The notes: generated from the sequence alone by a model not told the origin. DNA of 64,000 bases from Octopus vulgaris (GCA_951406725.2 OX597821.1:23684001-23748000); one strand, 5' to 3'; positions 1 through 14,671 are shown, counted from the stretch's first letter. Program-made: numbers and translations.

Positions 1-553
1 ATCTACTTTACGGATCTTAGGGCCTGAAGTGAAAAATAGGAATGGAGTTCATGAAAGAGTTCACCCAGATTAAAACCAAAGAAAACGGATATTTAGTTCA
101 TCGGAGTTATACCACTTGGATTGGGACCTCCACCCAATGTCCGCCACAGTATATACGATATTTATTTGTAGGGTAGAGATAAGGCAAAGTCGTGGTGGAG
201 ATAGAGATGTTGGGGGTTTGTGAGGATGGGAAAAGTATGGAAAAGTCAAGTTTAAAAGCATGCATGGTCTTGTACATGTGTGTGCGTGTGTATGGGTTCA
301 CATGTATCCGAGTCAAATGTAGTGGCAACAAACTTAATGTTAATTCTTCACATTGCTTTGTTTACGTCCTCGGTTCGGCAAATGTCCCCGTGGGGGAAAT
401 GCCAGACTCAAAAACAAAAACCAAAAAAGAAAAATGTAAGAAATACTGTGGTTGATCTGTTCGTGTAAAATTGGGAGAAAACTCCGATGGGGAGAAGAAG
501 CAACGTTTATATTTATGGTGCAGCTGGTTCAGTTTGCAGAGGATATCAGCCAG

Positions 554-588
<35 letters not shown>

Positions 589-792
589 GCTAGATTTGTC
601 AGTCATCGTTTCAAAACATTTGGGTGATTGATTGAATGACCGAACGATTATTCAAGCAATCCATTAATTTATCGGTTAAATGGTTAACCAATTGACTAAT
701 AATGATAATAATAGTTTCAGATATTTAGTGTTTCACTTGTACTTAATTTATCGACCTCGAAAGGATGAAAAGCGGAGTCGACCTCGGCGGAA

Positions 793-843
793 TATATAGT
801 TATTTCCCTTACAAACCCGAGCAACGCCGGGCGATACTGCTAG
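793..843 (+). mobile_element. Helitron 3' terminal fragment
   Basis: GC hairpin cccgagcaacgccggg (816-831) followed by CTAG (840-843) then T; near-identical to the terminus at 20362-20389. Confidence 0.65.
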
Positions 844-915
844 TATATTATAAGTACACATATATGTATAGATACAAACAATTCTCCCAGAAATATACAA
901 CCAAACGTGTGTATG

Positions 916-981
<66 letters not shown>

Positions 982-1175
982 TCATTGTTTCGATATCCAC
1001 TGTCCATTTTTTTAAAAGATAGTAGGATGTGATGAGGTAGGTTTGAGTATTATTTCTAACGGGTTAGGACACTTAAGAGACTATAGATGTGTATGCGTGT
1101 GTATGGCGCGGCCGCTGTTTTTTCATTTGTTGTTATTTTATATGTTCTCTCTCTCTCTCTCGCTCTTTCTCTCTT

Positions 1176-1228
<53 letters not shown>

Positions 1229-1799
1229 GTGTGTGACCTATTAGCTGCTGTCATTTGACACGTTCATCTGAAACAAACATCTTTGAAGACGCTGTCTTTA
1301 ATAGATAAAATTAATGGCAAACAATGAGAACGTAAATCTTGTGTTCAAAACATTATCTACAACAACAACGACAACAACAACGACAACAACAAAACACACA
1401 CATACACACTTAAAAGTAATATCAGTAACCGTACACAAACAACACAACCAACCACCACCACACCCACGAACGACAACAAAGATTAAAGATAAACAATATA
1501 ACATATTTTTTTCTCTCACTCTTAATACAAACTCACGCACGCGCCACACACATAATATGCATATATATATATATATACATATATAGATATATTATTTATA
1601 TACTATATATATATGTATAATATATATACTTATATATACACACATCTAAAATAGATGTGTGAATAAGTGTGTATTTCTGTATACATGTATATGCATATAT
1701 ATGAATACGTATCAATATATATATGTACAATATATATATATGTATGTATATATATCTATATATTTATACATTTGTATTATGTAGGTATATGTATGTATA

Positions 1800-1831
<32 letters not shown>

Positions 1832-2119
1832 GGTGTTGGTGATTATGCTAATTTTCATATCATATCTTTATCTCAAAAATTGAAGTGGTCTTGGGTGTGT
1901 GTGTATATATATATATATATCATTTACATATACTTGTGTGTGTGTGTGTGATGATGTATATATATATATCATTTACATATGTGTGTGTGTGTATACAATT
2001 ATTGCCGTATAAGATAGATAATCAGTTGCATGGGCAGACATGTTAATATCACTGCGAATGGATGAGATAAGAGATTGGAATGACAATACATATATGTAAA
2101 TAGATAAGGTGGAGGGAAG

Positions 2120-2135
2120 ATGACAGAAGGAAAGG

Positions 2136-2234
<99 letters not shown>

Positions 2235-2585
2235 AAGAAAGAGAGAGAGAGAAAGCGATAAAGTCAGACAAGTTAGACATGAAGAAATATAGAAGAAAGA
2301 AAGAAAGAAAGACAAAATGGAACAAAGAGGAAGGAGAGAAAAGGAAGGAAGGAAGGAAGGAAGGAAAGAAAGAAAGAAAGAAAGAAAGAAATAAAGAAAG
2401 AAAGAAAGAAAGAAAGGAAGAAAGAGAAAATAGAACAAAGAGGAAGGAGAGAAAAAGGAAGGAAGGAAGAAAGAAAGGAAAGAAAGAAAGAAAGAAACAA
2501 ACAAAGAAAGAAATATAGAAGAAAGAAAAAAAGAGAAAATGGTACAAAGAGGAAGGAGAGAAAAAGGAAGGAAGGAAGAAGGAAA
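2120..2585. repeat. (GA)n / (GAAA)n / (GGAA)n polypurine tract
   Basis: Direct reading; explains the spurious 182 and 297 aa ORFs. Confidence 0.95.
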
Positions 2586-3232
2586 GCCAGTTCCTGTTAT
2601 TTGTATTATTTCAACGGTTCGAAGACGATAATGATGATGATGGTGTTGATGGTAAAGGAGATAAAAGTAGAAAGAACGAGAAGAAGAAGGCTTAAAGGTG
2701 GATCGAAGAGGAGAAATAGGGAGAAGAAATAGATGAGAAAAGGGGGGAGGAAGGGAGGAGGAGGAGGAGACGAAGAAGAAGAAGAAGAAAAGATGATAAA
2801 AAAGCGCGATATATTGGCGCATTTCATTACATATATCTGCACACGCGCCTGTGCGCGTGTGTTTTTGTATGTATGCATATATGTATGTATGAATGTATGT
2901 ATGCATATATGTATGTATGAATGTTTGTATGTATGCATGCATGAGAACAGCCCGCTGTAATGTGGTAAAGTACAGCTATCTAATTGCCTATTATCCCATT
3001 TAGTTGTTCTACAAACTTACAAACCTATATTAAGATGTCTACTCGAAATGTCTTTTTCTGTCCTAAACTCACCGTTGTATATGACAACAAATTATTTCCT
3101 TATTTCATTTGCCAAAATGTCTTTTTGGTTAACTCCGTCAACAATAATATTTGTTTAAATATTAACTGTTATAGCATCTCCAAAACTGACTTATTCCGAT
3201 TCAGTGCTACACACATTTCTGATTAAATATAT

Positions 3233-3464
3233 ATTTCTTTACTACCCACAAGGGGCTAAACATAGAGGGGACAAACAAGGACAGACAAAGGGATTAAGTC
3301 GATTATATTGACCCCAGTGCGAAACTGGTACTTAATTTATCGACCCCGAAAGGATGAAAGGCAAAGTCGACCTCGGCAGAATTTGAACTCAGAACATAAC
3401 GACAGACGAAATACCGCTAAGCATTTCGCCCGGCGCGCTAACGACTCTGCCAGCTCGCCGCCTT
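3233..3464 (-). mobile_element. SINE family C, full monomer with 18-bp TSD
   Basis: tRNA-like head (A box gagctggcaga, B box gagttcaaattc), core gcctttcatcctttcggggtcgataaattaagtaccag; TSD atttctgattaaatatat at 3215-3232 and 3465-3482. Confidence 0.9.
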
Positions 3465-3724
3465 ATTTCTGATTAAATATATTTGACTTCGCTTTAATTG
3501 TTGCTGAAAAATGAAAGCATAAAAACTGATTACTTGTCATAATTATGAAGAAACGCAGATTAAGAAATTCGCTTTGAAACCACATGGTTTCAACTTCAGT
3601 TTCACAGCGCGGAACCTAGTGCAAGTTTACTATAGCCTCAGGCCTAGTAATGCCTTATGAGTTGATTTGGTAGAGGAAAACTGAAAGAAGCCTGTTGTAT
3701 AAATAAACATGTACACACACACAC

Positions 3725-3872
3725 ACGACGGGCTTCTTTCAGTTTCCGTCTACCAAATCCACTCACAAGGTTTTGGTCGGCCCAAGGTTATAGTAGAAGA
3801 CAAGGTACCACGCAGTGGGACTGAACCCGGAACCATGTGGCTGGGAAGCAATATTCTTACCTCACAGCCACG
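3725..3872 (-). mobile_element. SINE family A, 5' half
   Basis: Reverse complement of the family A head; an older + strand head lies at about 3550-3700. Confidence 0.8.
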
Positions 3873-4239
3873 CGATATATATATATACATACATATATAT
3901 ATTCATATATATATATATACATATATATATTCATATATATATATACATATATATATTTGTGTGTGTGTGTGTGTATATATATAGAGTGGTTAACTCTAGT
4001 GCTAGAAATAGCTCCTTATTCTGGTATAGCCACCGAAGTTGTTTCCACAAAAGAAATAACATTACCTTCAACGTAAGGAAAGCGAAATACAACGAAAAGA
4101 TAGATTAATGCCGAACAATTGTTTCTTTATTAATATAATAAGCAATTATACACACATATTTATCTATAAGTCATCTGTAGCATTTGTCCTCGATACAATT
4201 TATCAGACCCTCACGGGTGATAAATACCCATGCGGTCTG

Positions 4240-4282
<43 letters not shown>

Positions 4283-4357
4283 TAGATAGATAGATAGATA
4301 GATATACGCGTGCACACACACACACATATACACATGAATACATACATATATACATAT

Positions 4358-4520
4358 AGGCGTAGGAGTGGCTGTGTGGTAAGTAGCTTGCTTACGAACC
4401 ACATGGTTCCGGGTTCAGTCCCACTGCGTGGCACCTTGGGCAAGTGTCTTCTACTATAGCCTCGGGCCGACCAAAGCCTTGTGAGTGGATTTGCTAGACG
4501 GAAACTGAAAGAAGCCCATC

Positions 4521-4578
<58 letters not shown>

Positions 4579-4810
4579 GTGTGTGTTTGTGTGTCTGAGT
4601 TTGTCCCCCTAGCATTGCTTGATAACCGATGCTGGTGTGTTTACGTCCCCGTCACTTAGCGGTTCGGCAAAAGAGACCGATAGAATAAGTACTGGGCTTA
4701 CAAAAGAATAAGTCCCGGGGTCGAGTTGCTCGATTAAAAAAAAAGGCGGTGCTCCAGCATGGCCGCAGTCAAATGACTGAAACAAGTAAAAGAGTAAAAG
4801 ATTAAAGAGT
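4358..4810 (+). mobile_element. SINE family A, full length (tRNA head, CORE-like accttgggcaagt, internal microsatellite, CR1-like tail)
   Basis: A box tggctgtgtgg, B box gggttcagtccc, central (TA)n/(TG)n, tail ggcggtgctccagcatggccgcagtcaaatgactgaaacaag(taaaagag)n; about 25 copies or fragments in the window. Confidence 0.92.
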
Positions 4811-4879
4811 CTGTACCCTTCCCCATTTTTCCACTCCATTTTTCATCGATCTTATTTTATTATATTCTATTTCATTTCT

Positions 4880-5570
4880 GTATACACGCACACATACTTA
4901 CACACACACATACATATACGCACACATGCACACACATGAAAGCACATATACCCCCCCCCACACACACATACGCACAACACACATACATGCACATACATAC
5001 ACACACATACATGCACACACACATACGTACACGTGCACAGGAACGCACATATACCTCCATACACAACCCCACGCACACACTCACATATACACACACACAC
5101 ATACATACGCATACTTACACGCACACGCACACACATGAATGCATATATGCCTCACATATACCTCCCAGAAACACCACACACACACACACACGCACATACA
5201 AGCACACACACAAAACATACATACACGCGCGCGCGCACACACACACATATACACACGCACACATATGCATACACGCACATACACGCATGCACACACACAC
5301 ACACACACGCACAGGAATGCATGCCTAACACACACAACCCCACGCACACACACATACACCTACACACACACGCGCGCACATGTACACACAACTAGACGCA
5401 CATACATACACACATGCACACACACAAACGCACGCACATACACGCAGAAGAACTTACATATACCTCCACACACACTACCCCCACACAATCCCCCCCCCAC
5501 ACACACACAGACGCACATACGCTCACATACGCACACACACTCACATATGCACACACATATGCACTCACAT
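4880..5570. repeat. Degenerate (CA)n microsatellite field
   Basis: Direct reading. Confidence 0.9.
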
Positions 5571-6990
5571 ATTTTCTGGAATACCTATGTATTGAATTTC
5601 ATCAAATTTGTAGATGAGGGTTATTTCCCTCTTTACACAGCGAAACAAAATTATAATCGTGCCACATGTATCCCATACTACTGATTTTCTGAATTTCTTT
5701 GAAATAGGAAATATATGTTCACTGGGTTTGTAAAAGAGAGCAAAGCTACAGGAAACCAAAAAGACGAATGATCACAATAAGCAGTCAGCTACAGTCCCCT
5801 AGTCGTTACCTCTCCCAATGTAGTATTCCTCATTATGCAGGTGACAGGCACAGCCGTAAGATGCATTACGAATCTATAGCAATTGGAAGGGCGTGACCCA
5901 ACTGAAATAAACATTAGCAACTGTATGACGTGAGGGCTAAGGAGAAATGAAAGTTGGAGTTTGAAAATGACCACTATACTGATACGTAACTGGACAGAAT
6001 AAATATACAATCTATAAATGTCTTTGGATAACCAGTCACTCATCTGGGAAGGCCTTGAAATCAATGCTACCGTGTGGGGGCTACGTGTGACCCAGTGATA
6101 ATAAAAAGACTGAAAGGAGATCTGCAATCAAATAACTTTACTCAACACTTTGCAACTGAAACAGTGGAAGCAAAGATACCTCTCATTTACTTGACAATTT
6201 ATGCAGCACATTGCAGAAATCACAATCTAAGTGTATGTCAAAGCAAACTCTTAAACTGTTGTACCATTGAATTACAAATAATGCTCATATTCTATGCTCG
6301 GATGACCCCTACAGCTTCCAAGAGTACAACTATTCGTCTTTGCTTAGATAAAATGACAAAATTGTTGGTGTTAAGTCCCCATGAAGGGATCTTTCTAACT
6401 TGTAAGAAAATGAAATTTTATAAATATTACTTCATTTGTATCTAATATATATGGTTAAAATTTCATCAACAGCAAAAATATATGAATTGTCATGGGGGTT
6501 GTGGCCCTTATGCATAGAATATAATTTCCAAATTTCGTAAAGATCCATTCAGGACTTTTGACTTAGTTTTGGATCATAAAAGAAATGACTAAAATTTGGG
6601 AGTTAAGGCCCCCATTAGGGTGTCTTAGAATCCTCATGTGAAGTGGTAACTTTGAGAATACTTCTTGATGTGTGTCAATTACCCATGGTTGAAATTTCAT
6701 CAACATCGAAAATTTATGAATTTTCATGGGGGGTTCTGCCCCCTTTAAGCCATCTGGAATTCAAACCAAACCTATTGCATTATACCCGCCCTTATGCATT
6801 GAATCTAAGTTTCAAATATCATAAGGATCCATTCAGTAATTTTGGTCCATGAAATTGTATGAAACACACAGCATTACCCTTCTCGCTAGGCTTCGATTTT
6901 GTGTTCCAAATTTCATTATGATCGGTGCAGCAGTTTTCGAATGTATAAGTAATACACGAACACATAAAGACATTGTCTTTGATATAATAA
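5570..6990. mobile_element. Decayed Helitron-like region, possibly with a Pif1 helicase relic
   Basis: Repeated aaatttcat...gatc motifs typical of Helitron subterminal repeats. + strand peptides LKMTTILIRNW, VIIKRLKGDL...IPLIYL and TIRLCL resemble the Helitron helicase C-terminus (LKVG.PIMLLRNL, TRL.VK.L, IPRI.L, P.RLCFA). Confidence 0.4.
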
Positions 6991-7008
6991 ATGTGAATGT
7001 ACACATAT

Positions 7009-7990
<982 letters not shown>

Positions 7991-8069
7991 TGTATGTGTG
8001 TATGGGTGTATATATGTATGCATGTATAAATGTGAATATATATGTGTACATATTACATGTACATCTATA

Positions 8070-8101
<32 letters not shown>

Positions 8102-8405
8102 CATCTACACATATACATGTATACATCTACATCTATATGTATAGAAATAAATGTATACATATACATCTATATGTATAGAAATAAATATATACATATACAG
8201 CTACACACACACACACACACACATACACACACACACACACATACGTAGGTGCAGGTGTGGTTGTGTGGTAACAAACTTCGTTCCAAAACACATGGTCCTG
8301 GGTTTAAATTTAAATTTAAAATAATAAGGTTGAGAAATTGAATATTAATTTGATTGATATGAATTGAAAACCAGTGGTGTAGCATATAAGACCATAGCGG
8401 ATCTT

Positions 8406-8734
8406 CTAGCAAAATGGATGTCCACTGTTAATAGTTCATCCCTCTTATATAATAGTTTGACTTTAATAGTTTCAGTATTAAAGTGAAAGTATCTGACATT
8501 ACAATAGAGAGATGTTTTTGTTTCTCTTCTAACACGTAATACTGAAATTGTAGAGAAGATATGATATTGCTGTGGGCTCGCCCTAGGCAAGAAGTTAGAA
8601 ATTTTTGCCCATGACACTTCCTGGACCCTAAGTAAGGCATGTGTAAAATTTGAATGAAATTGGTTGTGTAGTTCTCAAGTTTTAGGAATTCACACAGACA
8701 GACAGAAACACATTCTCAGGTTTATATATATAGA
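8406..8734 (-). mobile_element. Non-autonomous Helitron, 5' end
   Basis: Minus strand begins A|TCTATATATATAAA...tgtctgtctgtgtg...caaccaatttcattcaaattttacac, the same layout as the start of the 19925 element; left boundary uncertain. Confidence 0.6.
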
Positions 8735-8888
8735 TTGCCCGAAACAGTATTGACTTCTGGTACTTGACTGAGGAAAGAAGTCCACGAATGACCCGTCTTT
8801 TTTTGCCTGTCCTTCTAATTGTTGTTTCTTTTGTCCGACTTTGTATCGTCTGTCGAAATGTTTTATTGTCCTCTAATGCGTTTTTGTT

Positions 8889-8952
<64 letters not shown>

Positions 8953-9439
8953 AGGGGAAAATACCCAGATGATCAAAGTATGTATATATTTATACCTAGA
9001 TAGAAATATCCAGCTGACCTCCTTGATATATATCATGCTGTTTGTAGGACTCCAGTGGATGACCCCTTCACAAGATCATTCACGCTTTTTAATTTATTTT
9101 AGCCATCATGATTAAGGTCATACTGGAGCACTGCTTCACGTTTAGACTGTTTCCTTTCGGAATCAGTCGGTCGGTGGACAAAATATTTGGCTGTATTTAA
9201 TTAATTCCTTTCATGTTCTGAGTTCAAATCCCGCTAGGGTCGACAATGCCATTTTGAAATAAAACAATTTACTAGTCATACCCTGGGAGTCGACTGTTTA
9301 CTCTTACAAAACTTGTGAGTAATTACTTATGTTAACAATTATTGATATTCAACAGGCATATGACTCCCAATCGAAGAGTGTTATCAATTATATCGTCACC
9401 GTATTAGTAATTAGCAAAAGAAAAAAAAAAAAAAGAAAA

Positions 9440-9900
9440 ACAAGGGCAAAATGCCTACGACTCTAATACTACCCCAGATAAGTGATATTGCTGCAACAGA
9501 GGTTCGGTTTAAGATACCGTCCAAGGTAAAAGGTGCGCGAATAGAGAAATGTAGAAGGTTTCAGCACAGGGAAAGCAAAACAAAAAGAAACATAGGGAAA
9601 AATAGGATTGTTTTGTATGGGGTACGGATATCTTGCAAGTTAGAGGAGGGTGGGGATGTTGACATAAGTAAGATAATGGGGGAGGGAGTGAGGGTAATGA
9701 AACCGACATAAGTATGAGGGGTGGTTGGAGGTGGTTTGTAGTGAGACTAACTTAAGTAGGGTATGACGAGAGGTGAAAAACGAGTGCGTCAGCTGGGTTT
9801 GCAAAAATCCAGTATGTGAACCATACAAAGAGAAAATATGCAACACTGTTTCTACAGAAGCTCCAACATGTGACTCCCCTACACAGCTGTTCTTGTTATC
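9440..9900 (-). mobile_element. Possible highly decayed LINE 3' fragment
   Basis: Composition shift and a non-microsatellite coding-like relic; no clear motif. Confidence 0.25.
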
Positions 9901-10186
9901 TAAATTCTAACAATGCAGCTTTGTTTTTGAATTAGGTACTCCATTCCACCCGACTCATTTCTTTCATATGAAACTCTAAAACAAAAAACTACGTAAGAAC
10001 GCACCAAAACAACAGAAAATACAAATCCTTCAAATGAGACCTTTTTTTTTTTTAATTAGGTGACATTTTTAATTGGATAGCATTAATAATGAATGCGTTT
10101 ACATTTCAATGTGCTACATTATACATTCCTATGACAAGTGTAAAGTTCGTTCATCAGAGACGAACTCATTATTTAAAGGGCAGACG

Positions 10187-10360
10187 AAGGCGGCTAGCTG
10201 GCCGAATCGTTAGCACGCCGGTCAAAATGCATAGCGGCGCTTCCTTCGTCTTTACGTCCTGAATTTAAATTCCGCCGATGTCCACTTGGCCTTTCTTCCT
10301 TTCGTGGTTGATAAAATGATTACCAGTTAAGCACTGGTGTCCATGTAATCGACTTACCCC
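10187..10360 (+). mobile_element. SINE family C, diverged
   Basis: aaggcggctagctggccgaatcgttagcacgccgg head plus core. Confidence 0.75.
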
Positions 10361-10532
10361 TCCAGGCACCTACTAAAATGTCAGTAGGAAATATTATTTA
10401 AAAGATATTCAGTGGGGTGAGGCTGCGGTAGGGTGGGGGGATGTAGCTCATTGCATCTGGTACTCCTTAGCTTTTGGGGTTGATTTTTTTTTAAAAAGCC
10501 GTCTTTGTTTCCATTCCGTGCTGTATTGCATT

Positions 10533-11063
10533 TTTACTCTTTTACTTGTTTCAGTCATTTGACTGTGGCCATGCTGGAGTACCGCCTTTAGTCGAGCAAA
10601 TCGACCCCAGGACTTATTCTTTGTAAGCCTAGCACTTATTCTATCGGCCTCTTTTGCCGAACCGCTAAGTGACGGGGACGTAAAGACACAAATACACACA
10701 CACACACATTTTTCCAAATACGCCAGCTAAACTAAGTTGTACTGTCTATTAGTCGTAAGACACCCGCTGTTTTTGTCCTGTTTTTACGATTATTGATTTT
10801 TGTATTTTATATTCGTGTGGCATCGTCCGTTTTTCTGTCCCTCTTTCGTATACATTCGATCCTTTTTCCAAGAAATCTAATGCTCGTAGCTTAGTTTTTC
10901 CTTGGGGCTGGCCGGATCGGAGCGATCTCAAGATTAATCAGCCGAAATTGCTAGGATGATCCGATTCTTGACTGAAGATTGGAGGTTTCGAATGTCCCGT
11001 CCGTGTTTTTTGTATCGTCTTCTAAATGTTTTACGTTCTTGTCCCACTTTGTATTTTTCTTCG

Positions 11064-11114
<51 letters not shown>

Positions 11115-11137
11115 CATACACATATATATATACACAC

Positions 11138-11189
<52 letters not shown>

Positions 11190-11356
11190 GACGGGCTTCT
11201 CTCAGTTTCCGTCTACCAAATCCATTTACAAGGCTTTGGTCGGCCCGAGGCTATAGTAGAAGACACTTGCCCAAGGTGCCACGCGGTGGGACTGAACCTG
11301 ACCTGGAACCATGTTGTTCGTAAGCAAGCTATTTACCACACAGCCACTCCTACGCC
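10533..11356 (-). mobile_element. SINE A split by a ~340-bp unclassified AT-rich repeat (10712-11070) and microsatellite
   Basis: Tail half at 10533-10710 and head half at 11188-11356 on the same strand; the insert resembles 8740-8890. Confidence 0.7.
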
Positions 11357-11748
11357 AATACAACGGCATTTTTCTTGTTTTTTTGTATTGAAATGAATTT
11401 GCTGAAGTTTCAAGTTAACCCTTCATTTCTGAAAAAAAAAATGACGCCGTGACTGCCTCACTTTTTACGGTGCAGTGTTGCCAATTATGAGAGAGGGGGC
11501 GGGATGAAGAAGAAACAGGAGGAGGAAGAGGGGAAAAGGGGGGTGAGTAAGTTGAGACAGTAAAAAGAAATAGTAATAATGGTTTCAGATTTTAGCACAA
11601 GGCCAGTAATTTTAGAAGGGATACGTCGATTACATCGACCTCGGTGCTCTCTGCTGGTACTTATTTTATCGATCTCGAAAGGATGAAAGGTAAAGTCGAC
11701 CTAGGTGGAATTTGAACTCGGGAAGTAAAGTTGAAAGAAATGCCGCGA

Positions 11749-11824
<76 letters not shown>

Positions 11825-11825
11825 T

Positions 11826-12240
11826 AGGCGCAGGAGTGGCTGTGTGGTAAGTAGCTTGCTAACCAACCACATGGTACCGGGTTCAGTCCCACTGCGTGGA
11901 ATCTTGGGCAAGTGTCTTCTGCTATAGCCCCGGGCCGACCAATGCCTTGTGAGTGGATTTGGTAGACGGAAACTGAAAGAAGCCTGTCGTATATATGTAT
12001 GTATATATATATATATATATATGCATGTGTGTGTGTGTTTGTCCCCCTAGCATTGCTTGACAACCGATGCTGGTGTGTTTACGTCCCCGTCTCTTAGCGG
12101 TTCGGCAAAAGAGACCGATAGAATAAGTACTGGGCTTACAAAGAATAAGTCCTTGGGTCGATTTGCTCGACTAAAGGCGGTGCTCCAGCATGGCCGCAGT
12201 CAAATGACTGAAACAAGTAAAAGAGTAAAAGAGTAAAGAG
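11826..12240 (+). mobile_element. SINE family A, full length, within (AAT)n
   Basis: Matches 4358-4810; (AAT)n on both sides; SINE C relics at about 11580-11750 and 12290-12470. Confidence 0.92.
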
Positions 12241-12292
<52 letters not shown>

Positions 12293-12554
12293 TTTCTACT
12301 ATAGGCACAAGGCCTGAAATTTACGGAGGGGGATAGTCGATTACTCAACTGGTACTTAATTTATCGACCACAAAAGGATGAAAGGTAAAGTTGACTTTGG
12401 CGGAATTTGAACTCAGAACGTAGCGACAGATGAAATACTGCTAAGCATTTTGCCCGGAGTGCTAACGATTCTACAGTTTTATGACTCCCTTTGATCAGAG
12501 TTGGCTTGGAGTTAAACAATGAGAACAACAACAATAACAACAATGACAACAGCC

Positions 12555-13065
12555 GTGGAGGCGCAATGGCCCAGTGGTTAGGGCAGAACGCGATTTCGAT
12601 TCCCAGGCCGGACATTGTGAATGTTTATTGATCAAAAGCACCTAAGCTCCACAAGGCTCCGGTGGGGGTGGGGATGAACCCTGCTGTACTCTTTCACAAC
12701 AACTTTCTCTCACTCTTTCTTCCTACTTCTGCCACAAAGCAGGGGAGCCATGGTGTAACCCACTATGGTGTGGTAAACTTTCAGACCCTAGTCTACATTG
12801 CGAATCCTCTGTACCCCAGGATGGTTCAGCTTTCCACCCATTAAAAGCCACCGTTTACGGAATGAGGATAACAACGTAGCTTTCGCAACCGCCAGTCTAC
12901 TGCGTGTGGTGGGTGGATCTTCAAGTTGCTACATGCATTCTTAGTAGCTTAGAGTAGGCTCAAATTAGAGATTAATCTTTGTGGCTAATGGCGTGAGTCC
13001 TGATTGGAAGAAGAAGAAGAAGAAGAAGAAGAAGAAGAAGAAGAAGAAGAAGAAGAAGAAGAAGA
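12555..13065 (+). mobile_element. SINE family B with a unique tail ending in (GAA)n
   Basis: Head gtggaggcgcaatggcccagtggttagggcag...ttcgattccc; after 12730 the tail differs from other B copies and is bounded by gccacaaag/ctttgtggc. Confidence 0.7.
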
Positions 13066-13199
13066 CAGTAGCAGCAGCAGCGGCAGCATCCCCACCACAA
13101 CAACACCTCCAGCATGGGTATGTTAGTTTATCGATCCTCAGAAAAGCTGTAGTTACAAATGTTTCTACGTTTGGCACGAATCCATCCATCTTTTTTAGG

Positions 13200-13403
13200 G
13201 CGTACCTTTAACGTAAATTCTCGGGGAGACTCAGCGTGACACAAAACGTGACAGGTACTACTCATTTTTATTAGCTGAGCGTGCTGGAGCAACGTGAAAT
13301 AAAGTGTCTTGCTCAAGGACACAACACACCGCTAGCAATGGAACTCACGTCCTTACGTCCAAGAGCCGAATGCCCCCAACCACTAAGCCACGTGCCTTCA
13401 CCC
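13200..13403 (-). mobile_element. SINE family D (tRNA head plus CORE-like domain)
   Basis: Minus strand ggcacgtggcttagtggtt...gtgtccttgagcaagacactttatttcacgttgctccag. Confidence 0.7.
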
Positions 13404-14222
13404 CTGTCAACTATTAGTTAGTTGACTGTAGTTCCTGCGGTGGGTTCTGTTAATAATTACAATATCATTTAATTGGGTTTTGCTGTACCGAACTTTACTC
13501 ACCCCAGAAGGATATAAAGCAAAGTCATCTTCAGTGGGATTTGAACTCAGAACGTAAATAGTCGTAACTAAATATCAACATGGCCTCTGACCAACATTGC
13601 GTATTTTGGTGGTGGATGTGGTGGTGGTGGCGGTGGTTTTTGATTTCGGCTCAAGCTCAGCAATTTTTGAGAGAAATGTCGGTTTGTCGATTAAGTGAGA
13701 CTCAGTTCTTGATGTTGTTTTGTTTCATCGACCCTAGAGGGATAAAAGGCAGAGTTGACCTACATAAGGTTTGAAAGCCAGAACATGTATCGTCGGAACA
13801 AATACCAACTCACTAGCTATTCCACCAATCGACCGCCTTTATAATAGTGAAACCATTTTTTCCCCCTCTAATTTTGGTAGTGGGCCTGCTACATCGATCC
13901 AGAACGTGACTGGTACTTTATTTTATTGCTCCCGAAAGGATCTTTTGGTGGGATTTGAACTCAGAATAAAGAGTCGGAACAAAGAGTCCGAAATATTTTT
14001 ATCAATGCTCTAAAAATGTTTGCCAATCTTCTGCCCGAACAATCCTTTCTACTATAGCCACAAGGCCAGAAATTTTGAGGAGAGAGGTTAGTCAATTACG
14101 TCGACCCCTAGAGTTCGACTGGTATTTATTTCATTGATGAAAAGCAATGTCGACCTCAGTGGAATTGGAACCCAGAACGTGTAACTGAAAGAAATGCCGC
14201 TAAGTATTTTGCCCGGCATGCC

Positions 14223-14438
14223 TTACTCTTTACTCTTTTACTCTTTTACTTGTTTCAGTCATTTGACTGCGGCCATGCTGGAGCACCGCCTTTAGTCGAG
14301 CAAATCGACCCCAGGACTTATTCTTTGTAAGCCTAGTACTTATTCTATCAGTCTCCTCTGCCGAACCGCTAAGTGACGGGGACGCTAACACAGCAGCATC
14401 GGTTGTCAAGCGATGTTGGGAGGACAAACACAGACACG

Positions 14439-14494
<56 letters not shown>

Positions 14495-14671
14495 TATACA
14501 TATATACAACGGACTTCTTTCAGTTTCCGTCTACCAAATCCACTCAAAAGGTTTCTGGTCGGCCCGAGGCTAAAGTAGGAGACACTTGCCCAAGATGCCA
14601 CGCAGTGGGACTGAACCCGGAACCATGTGGTTGGTTAGCAAGCTACTTACCACACAGTCACTCCTGTGCCT
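14223..14671 (-). mobile_element. SINE family A, full length
   Basis: Reverse complement of the consensus; inserted in a SINE C relic. Confidence 0.9.

Noticed and set aside
1-560. Possible host exon or UTR at the window start
   Set aside because: Short ORFs with no recognisable motif; cannot be evaluated without upstream sequence
1999-2942. Long ORFs of 182 and 297 aa rich in F/L/S or E/R/K
   Set aside because: Translations of (GA)n/(GAAA)n tracts with no domain signal
4358-4435. tRNA gene calls at SINE heads
   Set aside because: A and B boxes are present but there is no complete cloverleaf or T-run terminator, and each continues into a SINE body
8755-8800. Hammerhead-like CUGAGGA...CGAAU...GUC (also CUGAAGA at about 10971)
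   Set aside because: GAAU instead of GAAA and no convincing stems I or II; may be a decayed relative but is not supportable
11666-11911. Recurrent peptides such as MPKVPRSGTEPGTMW and MSSNARGTNTDTQ suggesting a gene family
   Set aside because: Antisense translations of SINE A copies
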